A stretch of 64,000 nucleotides of DNA from a bacterium (lineage in GTDB: Bacteria; Patescibacteriota; Saccharimonadia; Saccharimonadales; SZUA-47), in the NCBI GenBank assembly GCA_030427445.1, contig JAUIBQ010000003.1, positions 1,931-65,930 of the forward strand, written 5' to 3'. Shown here piece after piece: positions 31,766-42,278 of this stretch. The translations under genes and the position numbers were made by a program. The notes under the pieces were generated by a model. It was not told the origin of the DNA and did not search any database. It saw nothing but the letters and a program-made list of their open reading frames with translations. Numbering within the stretch: position 1 is the first letter of the stretch; every line of letters begins with the position of its first letter.

Positions 31766-32308
31766 TTAACAAACTTCAAGTTCTACAGTTTTACCAATTG
31801 AATCAGGACTAGCCAAAAAACTATTTAAAGCATCTCGTGCTTCACCGCTCATGTTTCTGTAAAAATCTTCTTCTGCGCTCAAAGAATTATTACCAGTAAC
31901 TCTTCCAATGATCGCTAACGGGTTGTCATTATTGTTTACCACTGTTTCACCAACGTAACAATCCCCCGAAGTAGCTGGTTCATTAGTAGTCTCTCCAGCA
32001 CCAATACGCAATTCTTGACCACTTAAATCTATATCTATGTCTGGAGCGCTCAAGCTAATATCTTCAGTTCCAAAAGCACCAGTAAATGCATTCCAGTTCC
32101 CTTTAGCTACTTCAGTTAGTCCACCTTCTCTAAAATCAGTAATATTTTCTGCACAACCTCTAAAGCCACCTGCAATCGCAGCAAATACTGCAAATGCAGC
32201 AACTTTTGTTCCATAACCACCTAGACGCAGTCTTGGGTTCTCGCCACTTTCATTAACATAGTTCTTCACTTTTTGACGACGTGTAGTGTCGTTCTCTGTA
32301 TAAGACAT
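31766..32308 (-). CDS. Hypothetical protein, possible membrane anchor
   Basis: 180 aa ORF with RBS AGGAG and one hydrophobic stretch. Confidence 0.6.
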   Translation of the reverse strand: MSYTENDTTRRQKVKNYVNESGENPRLRLGGYGTKVAAFAVFAAIAGGFRGCAENITDFREGGLTEVAKGNWNAFTGAFGTEDISLSAPDIDIDLSGQELRIGAGETTNEPATSGDCYVGETVVNNNDNPLAIIGRVTGNNSLSAEEDFYRNMSGEARDALNSFLASPDSIGKTVELEVC

Positions 32309-32365
32309 TATTTAAAACTCCTTGAATTTAGTTCAGTTTATAACTTTTGAGCATTTTTGTCAATA

Positions 32366-33106
32366 CTATTCTAGACTACCATACATCTCTGAAAGATTTT
32401 GATAGATTTTGTTCACCATATCTAATCGGTCACGAACTCCATCAGGATTGTTACGCCACGGTGCAAAGCGTCCGTCATTACTTAAGCCGTTGTCATGATG
32501 TGGGCCATTTTTTGCCCATTCATATAATTGATAGGCGTGGTCTGCATTTGCTTGCGGATGAAAATTCATTCTCCAGTCTCTAATACCTTCACATGATATA
32601 TCTCCATTTGGCTGACAATATATTTGAGATGTACCCACAGAACGATCTCCACTCAGATTCCAATTAACGTCTCCTACTGCTCCAGGATGATAATTAGATT
32701 CTTTGCCATCGATTGCTGTCTTAATAACTAAGTCATTTCCCCTAAACCCTGCAATATAGTTGTAGCGCATAGCATCCTCAACAGAAATTTGCTCACCTAG
32801 AATAACACTCGTACCTCTTTCTTGGGCAATTCTCAGTGCTTCGCCAGGATCAACCACTTGGTAAGGTGCTAGATCATTCTGCATGTTTTGAGCAATTTCG
32901 TTTGAAGGTGTCTTCTCATAAGTAGTACCTCCATTAGCAATATTGTCAGCAAAATCCACAGCACTTGCTGCGGCTTTCGATATATCAGTGTCTGGATTTC
33001 CTGAACAATATCCTAAACTGAATAATGCCACTCCTCCTACTAAATAATACTTAACTCTCATAGGAGGTATTCGTGCATCTAAAACTGAACGTAATATATC
33101 TGCCAT
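32366..33106 (-). CDS. Exported lysozyme/lytic-transglycosylase-like protein
   Basis: KESNY..GAVGD...SVGTSQI...NADHAYQL...APW resembles the SLT ES/GxxQ pattern; N-terminal hydrophobic segment. Confidence 0.55.
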   Translation of the reverse strand: MADILRSVLDARIPPMRVKYYLVGGVALFSLGYCSGNPDTDISKAAASAVDFADNIANGGTTYEKTPSNEIAQNMQNDLAPYQVVDPGEALRIAQERGTSVILGEQISVEDAMRYNYIAGFRGNDLVIKTAIDGKESNYHPGAVGDVNWNLSGDRSVGTSQIYCQPNGDISCEGIRDWRMNFHPQANADHAYQLYEWAKNGPHHDNGLSNDGRFAPWRNNPDGVRDRLDMVNKIYQNLSEMYGSLE

Positions 33107-33153
33107 ATCTTTATATTATAGCATAGATTTGGTTTTTAAGCAATAGTGTTTTG

Positions 33154-34008
33154 TTATACTAACTCTTTAGTAGCGCAATCTTTACAGATAACATGTAGTT
33201 TACGGCGGACATTCGTTGAATTCATGAGATTTGAGGTGTTTTTACCGCATTTTTCGCAACTCGCGATGTCTTTTGATTTATCAGAAAACGCCATCTGCAT
33301 CCGGTCGTCAAAGACGAATAGCTTGCCCTCCCATAATCCTTCATCGGCATACTTTTCGCCGTATCGGACAATGCCACCATCCATCTGATAGACCTCGTCA
33401 TAGCCACGATTTTTCATCATGGCACTTAAGATTTCACAGCGTATTCCGCCTGTACAATACGTAACAATCGGCTTATCCTTGTGCTTCGCGATCTCTCCCT
33501 CTTCAATATCTTTTATAAAATCGCGAGATGTTTCAGTTTTTGGCACGATGGTGTTTTTGAATTTCCCGATTTGCGCTTCATACATATTCCGTCCATCGTA
33601 GAAAATCACATCGTCGCCCTTTTCTTCAACTAATTTATGAAGTTCTTCAGGTTTTAGATGGACACCACCGTTTTCTATACCGTTTTTACCTACTACTATT
33701 TCGTCAGATGCATTGAATGCAACGATTTCTGGCTTCACTTTTACCTTAAGCTTCGGGAAATCTTCTACGTCTTTGCTACCGTCACTCCACTTAAAATCAA
33801 TACCTTTGAAATCATCAGTTTCGTTCATTGCTCTGCAGTAGGCTTTGAGATCTTGCATATCTCCCCCAAGTGTTCCGTTGATACCGTGCGGGCTTATCAA
33901 GATACGACCCTTTAGCCCGAGGCGCATGCAGAGCTCTTTCTGCCAGCGCTTTGCCATCTCTGGGTCAGCAATCGGTGTAAATTTATAATAAAGAATAATT
34001 TTTTTCAT
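33154..34008 (-). CDS. trhO: Rhodanese-domain tRNA uridine(34) hydroxylase (UPF0176)
   Basis: LYYKF, GRI....GINGT, D.RN.YE..IG.F, YCTGGIRCE, GGI..Y, FVFDDR. Confidence 0.92.
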   Translation of the reverse strand: MKKIILYYKFTPIADPEMAKRWQKELCMRLGLKGRILISPHGINGTLGGDMQDLKAYCRAMNETDDFKGIDFKWSDGSKDVEDFPKLKVKVKPEIVAFNASDEIVVGKNGIENGGVHLKPEELHKLVEEKGDDVIFYDGRNMYEAQIGKFKNTIVPKTETSRDFIKDIEEGEIAKHKDKPIVTYCTGGIRCEILSAMMKNRGYDEVYQMDGGIVRYGEKYADEGLWEGKLFVFDDRMQMAFSDKSKDIASCEKCGKNTSNLMNSTNVRRKLHVICKDCATKELV

Positions 34009-34023
34009 GAATCTAGTTGTTAG

Positions 34024-36054
34024 CTAGTTAGAGCAGTCTTGGCTGCTCGTAACGATTGTTTCTCGGTTATTACCACACAAGATTATATCACTTTTATCTG
34101 ATTTCAGCGAGCCCATGATGAGCCACAGCACACATGCGATCACTACCACGAACAGAAGCGCTATCCAACCAGTTTTGCGCTTAATCAACGAACCGTTTTG
34201 TGCTTTTTTCAGCAATGTACCTAGCTCTGAAGCCTGTGCACTTTCTTCTGCATATCGTTGGAAGTATGCTTGTTTTTCTTCGTCGGTTTCAAGTGTAAAT
34301 GGATCTTTATGATAAAAATCATCAGCTATTTCCCGCGCGTACTCAGCCGCAGCTCTTTGCTTCGCCTCTTCACTAACGGGTTTTTCCTGAGCTGTTCTCG
34401 CTTGCTCTAGTTTCTCGCGGTGTTTAGCAAGTTCTTTTTCGTCTGGTTTAATGCTATTTCTGATGATTGTCTCATAGCTTCCAGTCCCTTTCCGCCAATA
34501 TCTCTTTGTCGTCTCAAGTAATGTCTGTTGATCAATTCTTTTTTCATTAAAAGCATCAACCACTCTGACACCATCCACAACGATGTCTTTAGCCTGCACT
34601 TTCAACTCTTGCTCGGTCATCTGCTCGAAGCGCTTACGCGTATTCTCTGAACCGTCTATTTTACGTCGTTCGACAAACATATTCAGCCCGCTCAAGTGAA
34701 CTTCGGCCATCTTTTTGATGCTCCCTTCTTCGTGGAGCCGTTCAGTCGTCTTACGTTTCTCGCTAACTTTCTGTCTTTCCTGCTGCTTTCGTACAAAAAC
34801 CTGGATACGTTCTTTGTTTGTTTTTTCTATTGGTTTCTCCTCGTTAGTCTGCTTGTCGTTCTTGCTCGCCTCTTTTGGTTCCGGACTTTTTTTACGTAGC
34901 TCACTCTTTAGGCGAGTTGTCTCCTCGGCGTGCCGCATAGCTACTTCGCGCACTCTTTCTTCACGATATGCAATCTCATCATGTAGTTTTGCTACATCTT
35001 TCTCTAAGTTGTCGATTTTCGGTTGCAGTTTTTTCTCTGTGCGTTTCCTGCCACCACGACGTCCTATGACGTACCCGACTATGCCACCAATCAGCAGATG
35101 TTTGGCTCGTTTTCTTCGATACCACGTAGAAGATTCTACTCTGCTAAGTGAATTGTCGTGCGCCGATGAAGCGACAGTATGGTTTGGTGAGTTAGGTGGA
35201 ATATTCAGGTTAAAATGTTGGCCTCCGTAATTCGGTGGAGGTCCTCCGCCAAGTGGTGGCGGGGTGTTTGGAGGTTGCTGTGGGCTAAAAGGTCCGCTTG
35301 GCTGAGTGTGATGTTGATTTTGATTGTTGTTATTCGGCTGCTGAGGAGGCTGTTGATGCACATTGTGGCCACCCATGTGTTGCGCTTGCTGTTGTTGAGT
35401 TGGTTGTTGCTGAACCTGCGCAGTAGTCGAGTCATCTTCTTCGTCTACTACTTCTTTATCAGAAGCTACATCGATCGAGGGCTCGCTGAACTCTGTTGCG
35501 TACTCGAGATCTTCAAGAGTTTCCTGCTCAGCATTGTCTAACATATCTTCAGTGAGGTCTTCACCACTACCGATATGTCGCTCAACACTTGTCAAGAATG
35601 CCGCTGCCGCGAGCTCCCCGGCTTCTTCAGGAGAATCCGGCTCAACTCGCGTTAAATTATCTGCAACATCTTCTTGTCTCGCTTGAGTGACATGCGAAGC
35701 AATTTCCCGCGCTTCAGCCTCTGAAATATCTTCTTCAGTCTGGTCATTTTCCACGCCATTTTGCTCTTTTACTTCTTTCGATTCAACAGCATTTTCATTT
35801 TTGCTAACTGTATCAAAATGTCCTTTATCTTCTTTTTTCTCGTTTGCATCGTCGAAAAAGCTCTTCTTATCTTGCTCGTCAGTGTCTTTTTGTTTGGGAG
35901 CGAAAAAGGACGCTTTTCTGTTTTCCGGGGCCTTCGTGTCTTTCTCGGTAGTCTTTTTTTCGGATTTTTTAGATGATTTCTTGTCACGCGAAGACTCACT
36001 CCCGGAAAGGCCTTTTTCGGGATTATGCTTCAATCGTTCATTATCATCTGTCAT
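34024..36054 (-). CDS. Large charged hypothetical protein with Q/N/P-rich linker, coiled coils and C-terminal TM helix
   Basis: Long ORF; start placed at MTDDNE. Confidence 0.75.
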   Translation of the reverse strand: MTDDNERLKHNPEKGLSGSESSRDKKSSKKSEKKTTEKDTKAPENRKASFFAPKQKDTDEQDKKSFFDDANEKKEDKGHFDTVSKNENAVESKEVKEQNGVENDQTEEDISEAEAREIASHVTQARQEDVADNLTRVEPDSPEEAGELAAAAFLTSVERHIGSGEDLTEDMLDNAEQETLEDLEYATEFSEPSIDVASDKEVVDEEDDSTTAQVQQQPTQQQQAQHMGGHNVHQQPPQQPNNNNQNQHHTQPSGPFSPQQPPNTPPPLGGGPPPNYGGQHFNLNIPPNSPNHTVASSAHDNSLSRVESSTWYRRKRAKHLLIGGIVGYVIGRRGGRKRTEKKLQPKIDNLEKDVAKLHDEIAYREERVREVAMRHAEETTRLKSELRKKSPEPKEASKNDKQTNEEKPIEKTNKERIQVFVRKQQERQKVSEKRKTTERLHEEGSIKKMAEVHLSGLNMFVERRKIDGSENTRKRFEQMTEQELKVQAKDIVVDGVRVVDAFNEKRIDQQTLLETTKRYWRKGTGSYETIIRNSIKPDEKELAKHREKLEQARTAQEKPVSEEAKQRAAAEYAREIADDFYHKDPFTLETDEEKQAYFQRYAEESAQASELGTLLKKAQNGSLIKRKTGWIALLFVVVIACVLWLIMGSLKSDKSDIILCGNNRETIVTSSQDCSN

Positions 36055-36236
36055 AGTCTCCACACATTTTAACAAAAAGTTTTTGCTTTACAGAGAAAAC
36101 TGGTTTATAGTTATGCATCAAGATATATAACGAAGCGTGCAAAAAACCTAGTTGGTCGGGGAACCGTAATGACCAACAACCCTAAACAAAAACAATCCAT
36201 TAAAAACAAACAACTAGTAACCTGGGAGATTTTGAT

Positions 36237-38030
36237 ATGGGTAAGGCTACCGCCGAATCTAACAAAATGACTATTCGCGTGTATTGGGAGCACGCGAAGA
36301 AGTACAAAAAACAGCTATTAACCATCTACCCTACGATGGTTGTTGCTCAAGTTGTTGAAGATTTTATCCAGCCAGTACTGATAAGCGGCATCATCACAAA
36401 CATCGCCCAAGGCAACACTGACGAGCTTCAGCTAAGCGTTGTGTGGCCTATCCTTGTTGTCATAGCGTTCACAGAAATTTTTGGACACCTTCTGTGGAAC
36501 CGTTTTATCATCCCACTATTCTGGCGCACCCAAGAAATGATCCAGCGCGACCTTGCGATGACTGTATTTAAACACTTGCAAACGATGAGCTATCGGTTTT
36601 ACTCAGATAGATTCGCGGGAAGCCTGGTAAACCAAGCAAATAAGTTTGTCGGATCATTTGAGCGACTTACTGACGCGTTAACGTGGAATGTCTTTAAATT
36701 AATTGTTGCAGCTCTAGCGACATTTGTTATTTTAATGCCAAGAATCCCAGCCGTAGCCATAGCTATACTTGTGATTGCGCTGATTTACATACCACTTGTA
36801 TGGCAATTCAGAAAAGGCCAACTTCCATACAACAGAAAATGGGCAACTGCTGAGTCTAGACGCACGGGACAGCTCGCAGACACAATCAGCAACATCCTTG
36901 CAGTGAAATCCTTCTCTAACTCAACGTTTGAACAGAAACTCATGCAAGATCGAGTGGATGATGTCTTTGGCAGTTCTATGGATACGATGCGATTCACGAT
37001 GAACCACGAACTACCAATTGGCTTCGTGCAGCGTTCAATCAATGTCATCACGATCGTCATTTCTATATTGCTCGCAATAAATGGAAATGTCGAAGTAGGT
37101 ACAATTTACCTTGCACTCACCTTCACCATGACAATCATGCGTAAATTATGGGATCTGAACAACACCTTCAGGCAGTTCAACCGTGTGTTTGGTGATGCAA
37201 GTGACATGGCAATGATTCTCGCTATCTCTCCTGAAGTAGATGACCATAAAGACACCAAGGATTTTAAAGCAGTAACTGGAGCTATCGGTTTTAGTGGTGT
37301 AACGTTTTGGTACCCCGAAAGAACTGAGTCAGAGAGCTTATTTACGGACTTTAACTTAAACATTAAAAGTGGTGAGAAGATTGGCTTAGTCGGCCCATCT
37401 GGTGGTGGCAAGACCTCGATTACAAAGCTTCTTCTTCGCTTCATGGACGTACAAAAAGGACAGATATTAATCGACGGGCACAATATCTCTGAAATATCCC
37501 AAGACGACCTACGACGTGCTATCTCATATGTACCACAAGAACCTCTACTATTCCATCGCTCAATCCGTGAGAACATTGCATATGGAAAAGATTCTGCAAC
37601 TGAAAATGACATCATTGAAGCAGCTAAAAAAGCACATGCACTTGAGTTTATTAACGATCTCCCTGACGGCATGGAAACACTTGTAGGTGAGCGTGGAGTA
37701 AAGCTTTCTGGTGGTCAGAAACAGCGTATAGCTATCGCGAGATCCATGCTGAAAGACGCACCTATAGTAGTACTGGATGAGGCGACGTCTGCACTTGACT
37801 CTGAGAGTGAAGTCGCGATTCAGGATGCTCTCAAAGAGTTAATGAAAAGCAAGACAGCCATTGTCATTGCGCATAGATTAAGCACGATACAAAATATGGA
37901 CAGGATTATCGTGCTTGATAATGGTGAGATTGTCGAAGAAGGAACGCACAGCCAGCTACTAAAAAATAAAAAAGGCACATACGCCAAGCTCTGGTCACAC
38001 CAGTCTGGCGGGTTCCTCCAAGATGACTAA
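36237..38030 (+). CDS. ABC exporter, fused permease/ATPase (MsbA/MdlB-like)
   Basis: TM domain, GPSGGGKT, LSGGQKQR, DEATSALD, AHRLST. Confidence 0.95.
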   Translation: MGKATAESNKMTIRVYWEHAKKYKKQLLTIYPTMVVAQVVEDFIQPVLISGIITNIAQGNTDELQLSVVWPILVVIAFTEIFGHLLWNRFIIPLFWRTQEMIQRDLAMTVFKHLQTMSYRFYSDRFAGSLVNQANKFVGSFERLTDALTWNVFKLIVAALATFVILMPRIPAVAIAILVIALIYIPLVWQFRKGQLPYNRKWATAESRRTGQLADTISNILAVKSFSNSTFEQKLMQDRVDDVFGSSMDTMRFTMNHELPIGFVQRSINVITIVISILLAINGNVEVGTIYLALTFTMTIMRKLWDLNNTFRQFNRVFGDASDMAMILAISPEVDDHKDTKDFKAVTGAIGFSGVTFWYPERTESESLFTDFNLNIKSGEKIGLVGPSGGGKTSITKLLLRFMDVQKGQILIDGHNISEISQDDLRRAISYVPQEPLLFHRSIRENIAYGKDSATENDIIEAAKKAHALEFINDLPDGMETLVGERGVKLSGGQKQRIAIARSMLKDAPIVVLDEATSALDSESEVAIQDALKELMKSKTAIVIAHRLSTIQNMDRIIVLDNGEIVEEGTHSQLLKNKKGTYAKLWSHQSGGFLQDD

Positions 38031-38039
38031 TAATTATAC

Positions 38040-38258
38040 CTAGTCTTCAACCTCATTAAACCACTCATCAGGCATAGGTATTGTATTTGCACCCACTACA
38101 TCTCTCTTACGTTGCTCGCCAATAACTCTTTCGTGTCTTTTAAGCTCATCGTCTAAAGCCTGTTGTTCTCTTGGGTCATAGTCAAGAGGCTTCCCCGACA
38201 TAGTCTTGGAAGCCTCTTCAATAAGTTCTTCTGCTCGCTTAGGTGAGAGCTCGCTCAT
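38040..38258 (-). CDS. Small hypothetical protein
   Basis: 72 aa ORF filling the gap immediately after rplY. Confidence 0.5.
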   Translation of the reverse strand: MSELSPKRAEELIEEASKTMSGKPLDYDPREQQALDDELKRHERVIGEQRKRDVVGANTIPMPDEWFNEVED

Positions 38259-38266
38259 TACTTTGT

Positions 38267-38935
38267 TTATTCTGATTTATTGTCAGAGTCGTCTTCTGAA
38301 GATTCGTCGGAGTCACCGCCGTTGTTACTTGGGACATCTGCAGCATCCACGTCTTCATCTTCTTCTGGTTCTTCGACTGCTCGTGGTTCTTCAACAACTG
38401 CCAGTGTTAGTTCAGATTCTGAAATCATCTCAACACCTTTGGCAACGTCTTTGATGTCCGCTACTGTAAGTGAGTCTCCAGGATTTACAAGTGTTTCAGC
38501 AGAAACTTCAAAAGACTCTGGGAGGTCAGCAGGCTTCGCTTTAACTACGACGTGATCGTTTGGTCGTACTAAGAAATTACCTGTCTGCTCAGCTGGTACA
38601 TCTCCTACGATGTGTACTGGGATTTCAGCTTCGACTTCCCTGTCAGCTCGAACCGCGTGAAATTCTACGTGCATATACGTGTTCTTTGCAGGGTCGACAT
38701 GAACGTGCTTAATCATAGCGAGACGCTCTTTGCCTTCGATTTTAAGATGTACTGGCTGTCCGTATCCTGCGCTAGCAAATGCTTTTACAAATGGCTGGTA
38801 TTCGACTTTAACATTCACTGAATCTTTTCCGTGTTGGTAAATAGTTGCAGGGATAAATCCTTCTGCTCGCACGGCTGATACTTTTTTGCCCGTTATTTCT
38901 CGTTTTTGTGCTGCTAATTCAATATTAGTCGACAT
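38267..38935 (-). CDS. rplY: 50S ribosomal protein L25 (Ctc type)
   Basis: R...GKK...R.EG.IPA.IY, HVEFHAV, Ctc C-terminal domain, acidic tail. Confidence 0.93.
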   Translation of the reverse strand: MSTNIELAAQKREITGKKVSAVRAEGFIPATIYQHGKDSVNVKVEYQPFVKAFASAGYGQPVHLKIEGKERLAMIKHVHVDPAKNTYMHVEFHAVRADREVEAEIPVHIVGDVPAEQTGNFLVRPNDHVVVKAKPADLPESFEVSAETLVNPGDSLTVADIKDVAKGVEMISESELTLAVVEEPRAVEEPEEDEDVDAADVPSNNGGDSDESSEDDSDNKSE

Positions 38936-39019
38936 TTTTCTCTCAATCCTATAGCAGACTTGTAATCACATGCTGCTTCTTTAAATAATTACGTTTCGAA
39001 AGTGTATTATAACAGATTT

Positions 39020-39388
39020 TTACGACTCAAAAAAGAGCCTGCCATCGAGAGCATACTCAATAACAGTCTCTTCCGACATCTGACGATTTTTATCTTTCCG
39101 TGTAAATCGCACCCCACCTGCTGCTTTATGTTTTAGCGACTCATCTCTAGAACTCCCTGGAACTGGAACAGTATCCATGAGAGATTCACCATACGCTCGC
39201 TCGAAAGTCGGGAGTACATCTTGCCAAACTTTATAATCCTCGTATGTACCTACTAATTGAACGTATGCGTGCCCCAAAACCACAGCAAGCTTTTGCTTGT
39301 CATCATCTGTAAAAAACGGATATACGCTTAACACATCACTAAAAAGCTGAGATGGATGATCAAGATATTGTTCAGTTATGGCACTCAT
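39020..39388 (-). CDS. Hypothetical protein
   Basis: 122 aa ORF filling the intergenic gap. Confidence 0.55.
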   Translation of the reverse strand: MSAITEQYLDHPSQLFSDVLSVYPFFTDDDKQKLAVVLGHAYVQLVGTYEDYKVWQDVLPTFERAYGESLMDTVPVPGSSRDESLKHKAAGGVRFTRKDKNRQMSEETVIEYALDGRLFFES

Positions 39389-39418
39389 AATACTAAGATA
39401 TAAAAAGTAATTATTATA

Positions 39419-42229
39419 TTATAGCACTTTTTTAAGATATTGTCCAGTGAAGCTGTCTTTTACTTTGGTGATTTGCTCTGGCGTTCCTGTTGCAAGAACT
39501 TTACCACCTCCTGAGCCACCTTCAGGCCCCATGTCTATGATGTGGTCTGCATTCTTAATCACATCTAAGTTGTGCTCGATAATCACCATGCTGTTGCCAC
39601 CGTCTACGAGAGCGTGTAAGACCTCGAGGAGACGGTTGACATCATCCATATGGAGTCCTGTTGTCGGCTCATCAAGTACGTAGAGTGTGCGGCCTGTGGA
39701 GCGCTTGGAAAGCTCTGTTGCTAGCTTCACTCGTTGTGCTTCTCCACCACTTAAAGTTGTTGCCGATTGACCTAATCGCATGTAACCCAAGCCTACCTGC
39801 ACGAGCGTTCCTAATTTTCTCTCAATCGAAGGAATTGCATTAAAGAACTCATGCGCCTGCTCAACTGTCATCTCCAAGATGTCAGCGATAGTTTTCCCTT
39901 TATAGCGTATCTCCAACGCTTCGCGGTTATAGCGTTTGCCTTTACACACTTCACACTGCACATACACATCCGGCAAAAAGTGCATCTCGATTTTTATAAC
40001 GCCGTCGCCCTGGCAGTTTTCACACCGACCACCCTTCACATTGAAGCTAAAGCGCCCTGCCTTATAACCACGAATCTTTGCTTCGGGCGTACTTGCAAAC
40101 AAGTCACGAATCGGTGTAAAGAGACCTACATATGTTGCAGGGTTAGAACGTGGAGTACGACCGATTGGTGATTGATCAATAATAATTACCTTATCAAGGT
40201 TATCAATACCCTCAATATCGTCGTGCCGCCCTACAGCTTCGTGAGCACGGTTTAATCGTACATGCAGCTCCTTCGCTAAAATATCATTCACAAGAGTGCT
40301 TTTACCCGACCCGCTCACACCACTCACAACAACCATCTTTCCAAGCGGGAACTCAACGTCAATGTTCTTAAGGTTGTGCTCACGTGCGCCTTTGATAACT
40401 AAGCTTTTATCATTGCCTTTTCTACGTTTTTTAGGTGTTTTAATCGATTTCTCACCGCGCAAGTATTGGCCAGTGATACTTTCCTTCACTTTCTCGACTT
40501 GATCTGGCTTGCCCTGAGCAACGACTTTTCCTCCATGTACTCCAGCTTTCGGTCCGATATCGACGAGGTAATCAGCAGTACGAATAGTGTCCTCGTCGTG
40601 TTCGACAACTATTACTGTATTTCCAAGCTCTTTAAGTCGTTTCAACGTCTGGATTAGTCGATCATTATCTCGCTGGTGAAGGCCGATCGATGGCTCGTCT
40701 AATACGTAAAGCACGCCCTCAAGCCCTGATCCGATCTGCGTCGCGAGGCGGATACGCTGCGCTTCACCACCACTGAGCGTACTTGCGCTACGAGCAAGCG
40801 TGAGGTAGCCAAGGCCGACTTGGTCTAAGAATCGCAAGCGGTCTTTAATCTCTTTCATGATTTGTTTCGCGATATCCATTTCTTGCTCAGAAAGTTTTAA
40901 TGAATCAAAAAACGCAACAGCATCTGCAACTGGACGCTCACAGACAGACATGATTGATTCACCATGCACTGTCACTGCTAACACTTCTGGCTTAAGGCGT
41001 TGACCCTTACAAACATGGCATGGGCGCTCGACCATAAATCGCTCAATCTCCCGTCGCATAAAGTCACTGTCAGTCTCTTTGTGACGACGCTCCAAGTTAG
41101 GTATGACTCCTTCATACGTTGTGTCAAAATGTCGACCACTCCCTAATGACACCGAATATTTCTCTCGTCCAGTTCCATACAGGATTTTTTCTAGCTGTGA
41201 TTCTTCAAGCTCACTTGTCGGGCTCTGCAATGAGAAGTTATATCGCTCAGCGACAGCCGCCATTTTCTTCATATTCCATGCATCTGGCGCCATTCGGTTA
41301 TACGGACGGATTGCACCCTCAGCAATCGTGAGCTTACCGTTTGGCAATACTAATTCAGGGTCGACTTCAAGTCGATTTCCCAACCCCGTACATGTGGGAC
41401 ATGCTCCATGAGGTGAGTTGAAGCTGAACGTTCGCGGCTCCATCTCAGGCGCATTAAAATCAGGATACTCAGGATTGTAGTAGCGCTGTGAAAACCGATG
41501 TACTTCACCATCGTCTTCAACATCAACCACGACCAACTGTCCGTCGGCAAGACCTAAAGCATTCTCCACTGCCTGGAAAATACGACTCTTCTGCTTCTCA
41601 TCATTCACGACACGGTCAACAACTATCTCAATGGTGTGTTTGTACTTTTTATCTAGCTCTGGGAACTCATCAAGTGCGTAAATCACGCCGTCCACACGGA
41701 CTCGAGCATAGCCCTGACGCTGGTACAGTTCCGGCACATGTGCATGCTCACCCTTTTTATCAACGATTACTGGCGCTAAAATCATCAATCTGTGCCCTTC
41801 TGGCAAACTTTCGACTCCCTTGGCGATATCCTCAATCGTCATTTCCTGAATCGGCTCGCCATCGGGCCCATGAGCAATACCAATACGCGCATAGAGCAAA
41901 CGTAAATAATCATAAATTTCTGTCACAGTCGCTACTGTCGAGCGAGGGTTACGGCTCGTAGACTTTTGGTCTATAGATATCGCCGGGCTCAAGCCTTCGA
42001 TGTAGTCGACATCTGGCTTTTCCATAAGCCCTAAGAACTGTCGAGCATACGCGCTCAAACTCTCAACATACCGTCGCTGGCCTTCAGCATAAATCGTGTC
42101 AAAAGCAAGCGAAGATTTACCTGATCCGCTCAACCCAGTAATAACTACAAGTGAGTTTCTCGGGATTTCAATATCTATGTTTTTCAGGTTGTGCTCTCGA
42201 GCACCCTGTACTTTTATCACCTCTGACAT
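39419..42229 (-). CDS. uvrA: Excinuclease ABC subunit A
   Basis: [29 protein letters not shown], two LSGGEAQR signatures. Confidence 0.98.
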   Translation of the reverse strand: MSEVIKVQGAREHNLKNIDIEIPRNSLVVITGLSGSGKSSLAFDTIYAEGQRRYVESLSAYARQFLGLMEKPDVDYIEGLSPAISIDQKSTSRNPRSTVATVTEIYDYLRLLYARIGIAHGPDGEPIQEMTIEDIAKGVESLPEGHRLMILAPVIVDKKGEHAHVPELYQRQGYARVRVDGVIYALDEFPELDKKYKHTIEIVVDRVVNDEKQKSRIFQAVENALGLADGQLVVVDVEDDGEVHRFSQRYYNPEYPDFNAPEMEPRTFSFNSPHGACPTCTGLGNRLEVDPELVLPNGKLTIAEGAIRPYNRMAPDAWNMKKMAAVAERYNFSLQSPTSELEESQLEKILYGTGREKYSVSLGSGRHFDTTYEGVIPNLERRHKETDSDFMRREIERFMVERPCHVCKGQRLKPEVLAVTVHGESIMSVCERPVADAVAFFDSLKLSEQEMDIAKQIMKEIKDRLRFLDQVGLGYLTLARSASTLSGGEAQRIRLATQIGSGLEGVLYVLDEPSIGLHQRDNDRLIQTLKRLKELGNTVIVVEHDEDTIRTADYLVDIGPKAGVHGGKVVAQGKPDQVEKVKESITGQYLRGEKSIKTPKKRRKGNDKSLVIKGAREHNLKNIDVEFPLGKMVVVSGVSGSGKSTLVNDILAKELHVRLNRAHEAVGRHDDIEGIDNLDKVIIIDQSPIGRTPRSNPATYVGLFTPIRDLFASTPEAKIRGYKAGRFSFNVKGGRCENCQGDGVIKIEMHFLPDVYVQCEVCKGKRYNREALEIRYKGKTIADILEMTVEQAHEFFNAIPSIERKLGTLVQVGLGYMRLGQSATTLSGGEAQRVKLATELSKRSTGRTLYVLDEPTTGLHMDDVNRLLEVLHALVDGGNSMVIIEHNLDVIKNADHIIDMGPEGGSGGGKVLATGTPEQITKVKDSFTGQYLKKVL

Positions 42230-42278
42230 CGTCTATCTAGTATAGAGCCCTGAGACTCCCAAGGTCAACTATCGCTAC

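Noticed and set aside
34027..34090. Hairpin GTTAGAGCAG/CTGCTCGTAAC and extended -10 upstream of trhO as a riboswitch
   Set aside because: A single stem overlapping the 3' end of the upstream CDS, with no recognisable aptamer.
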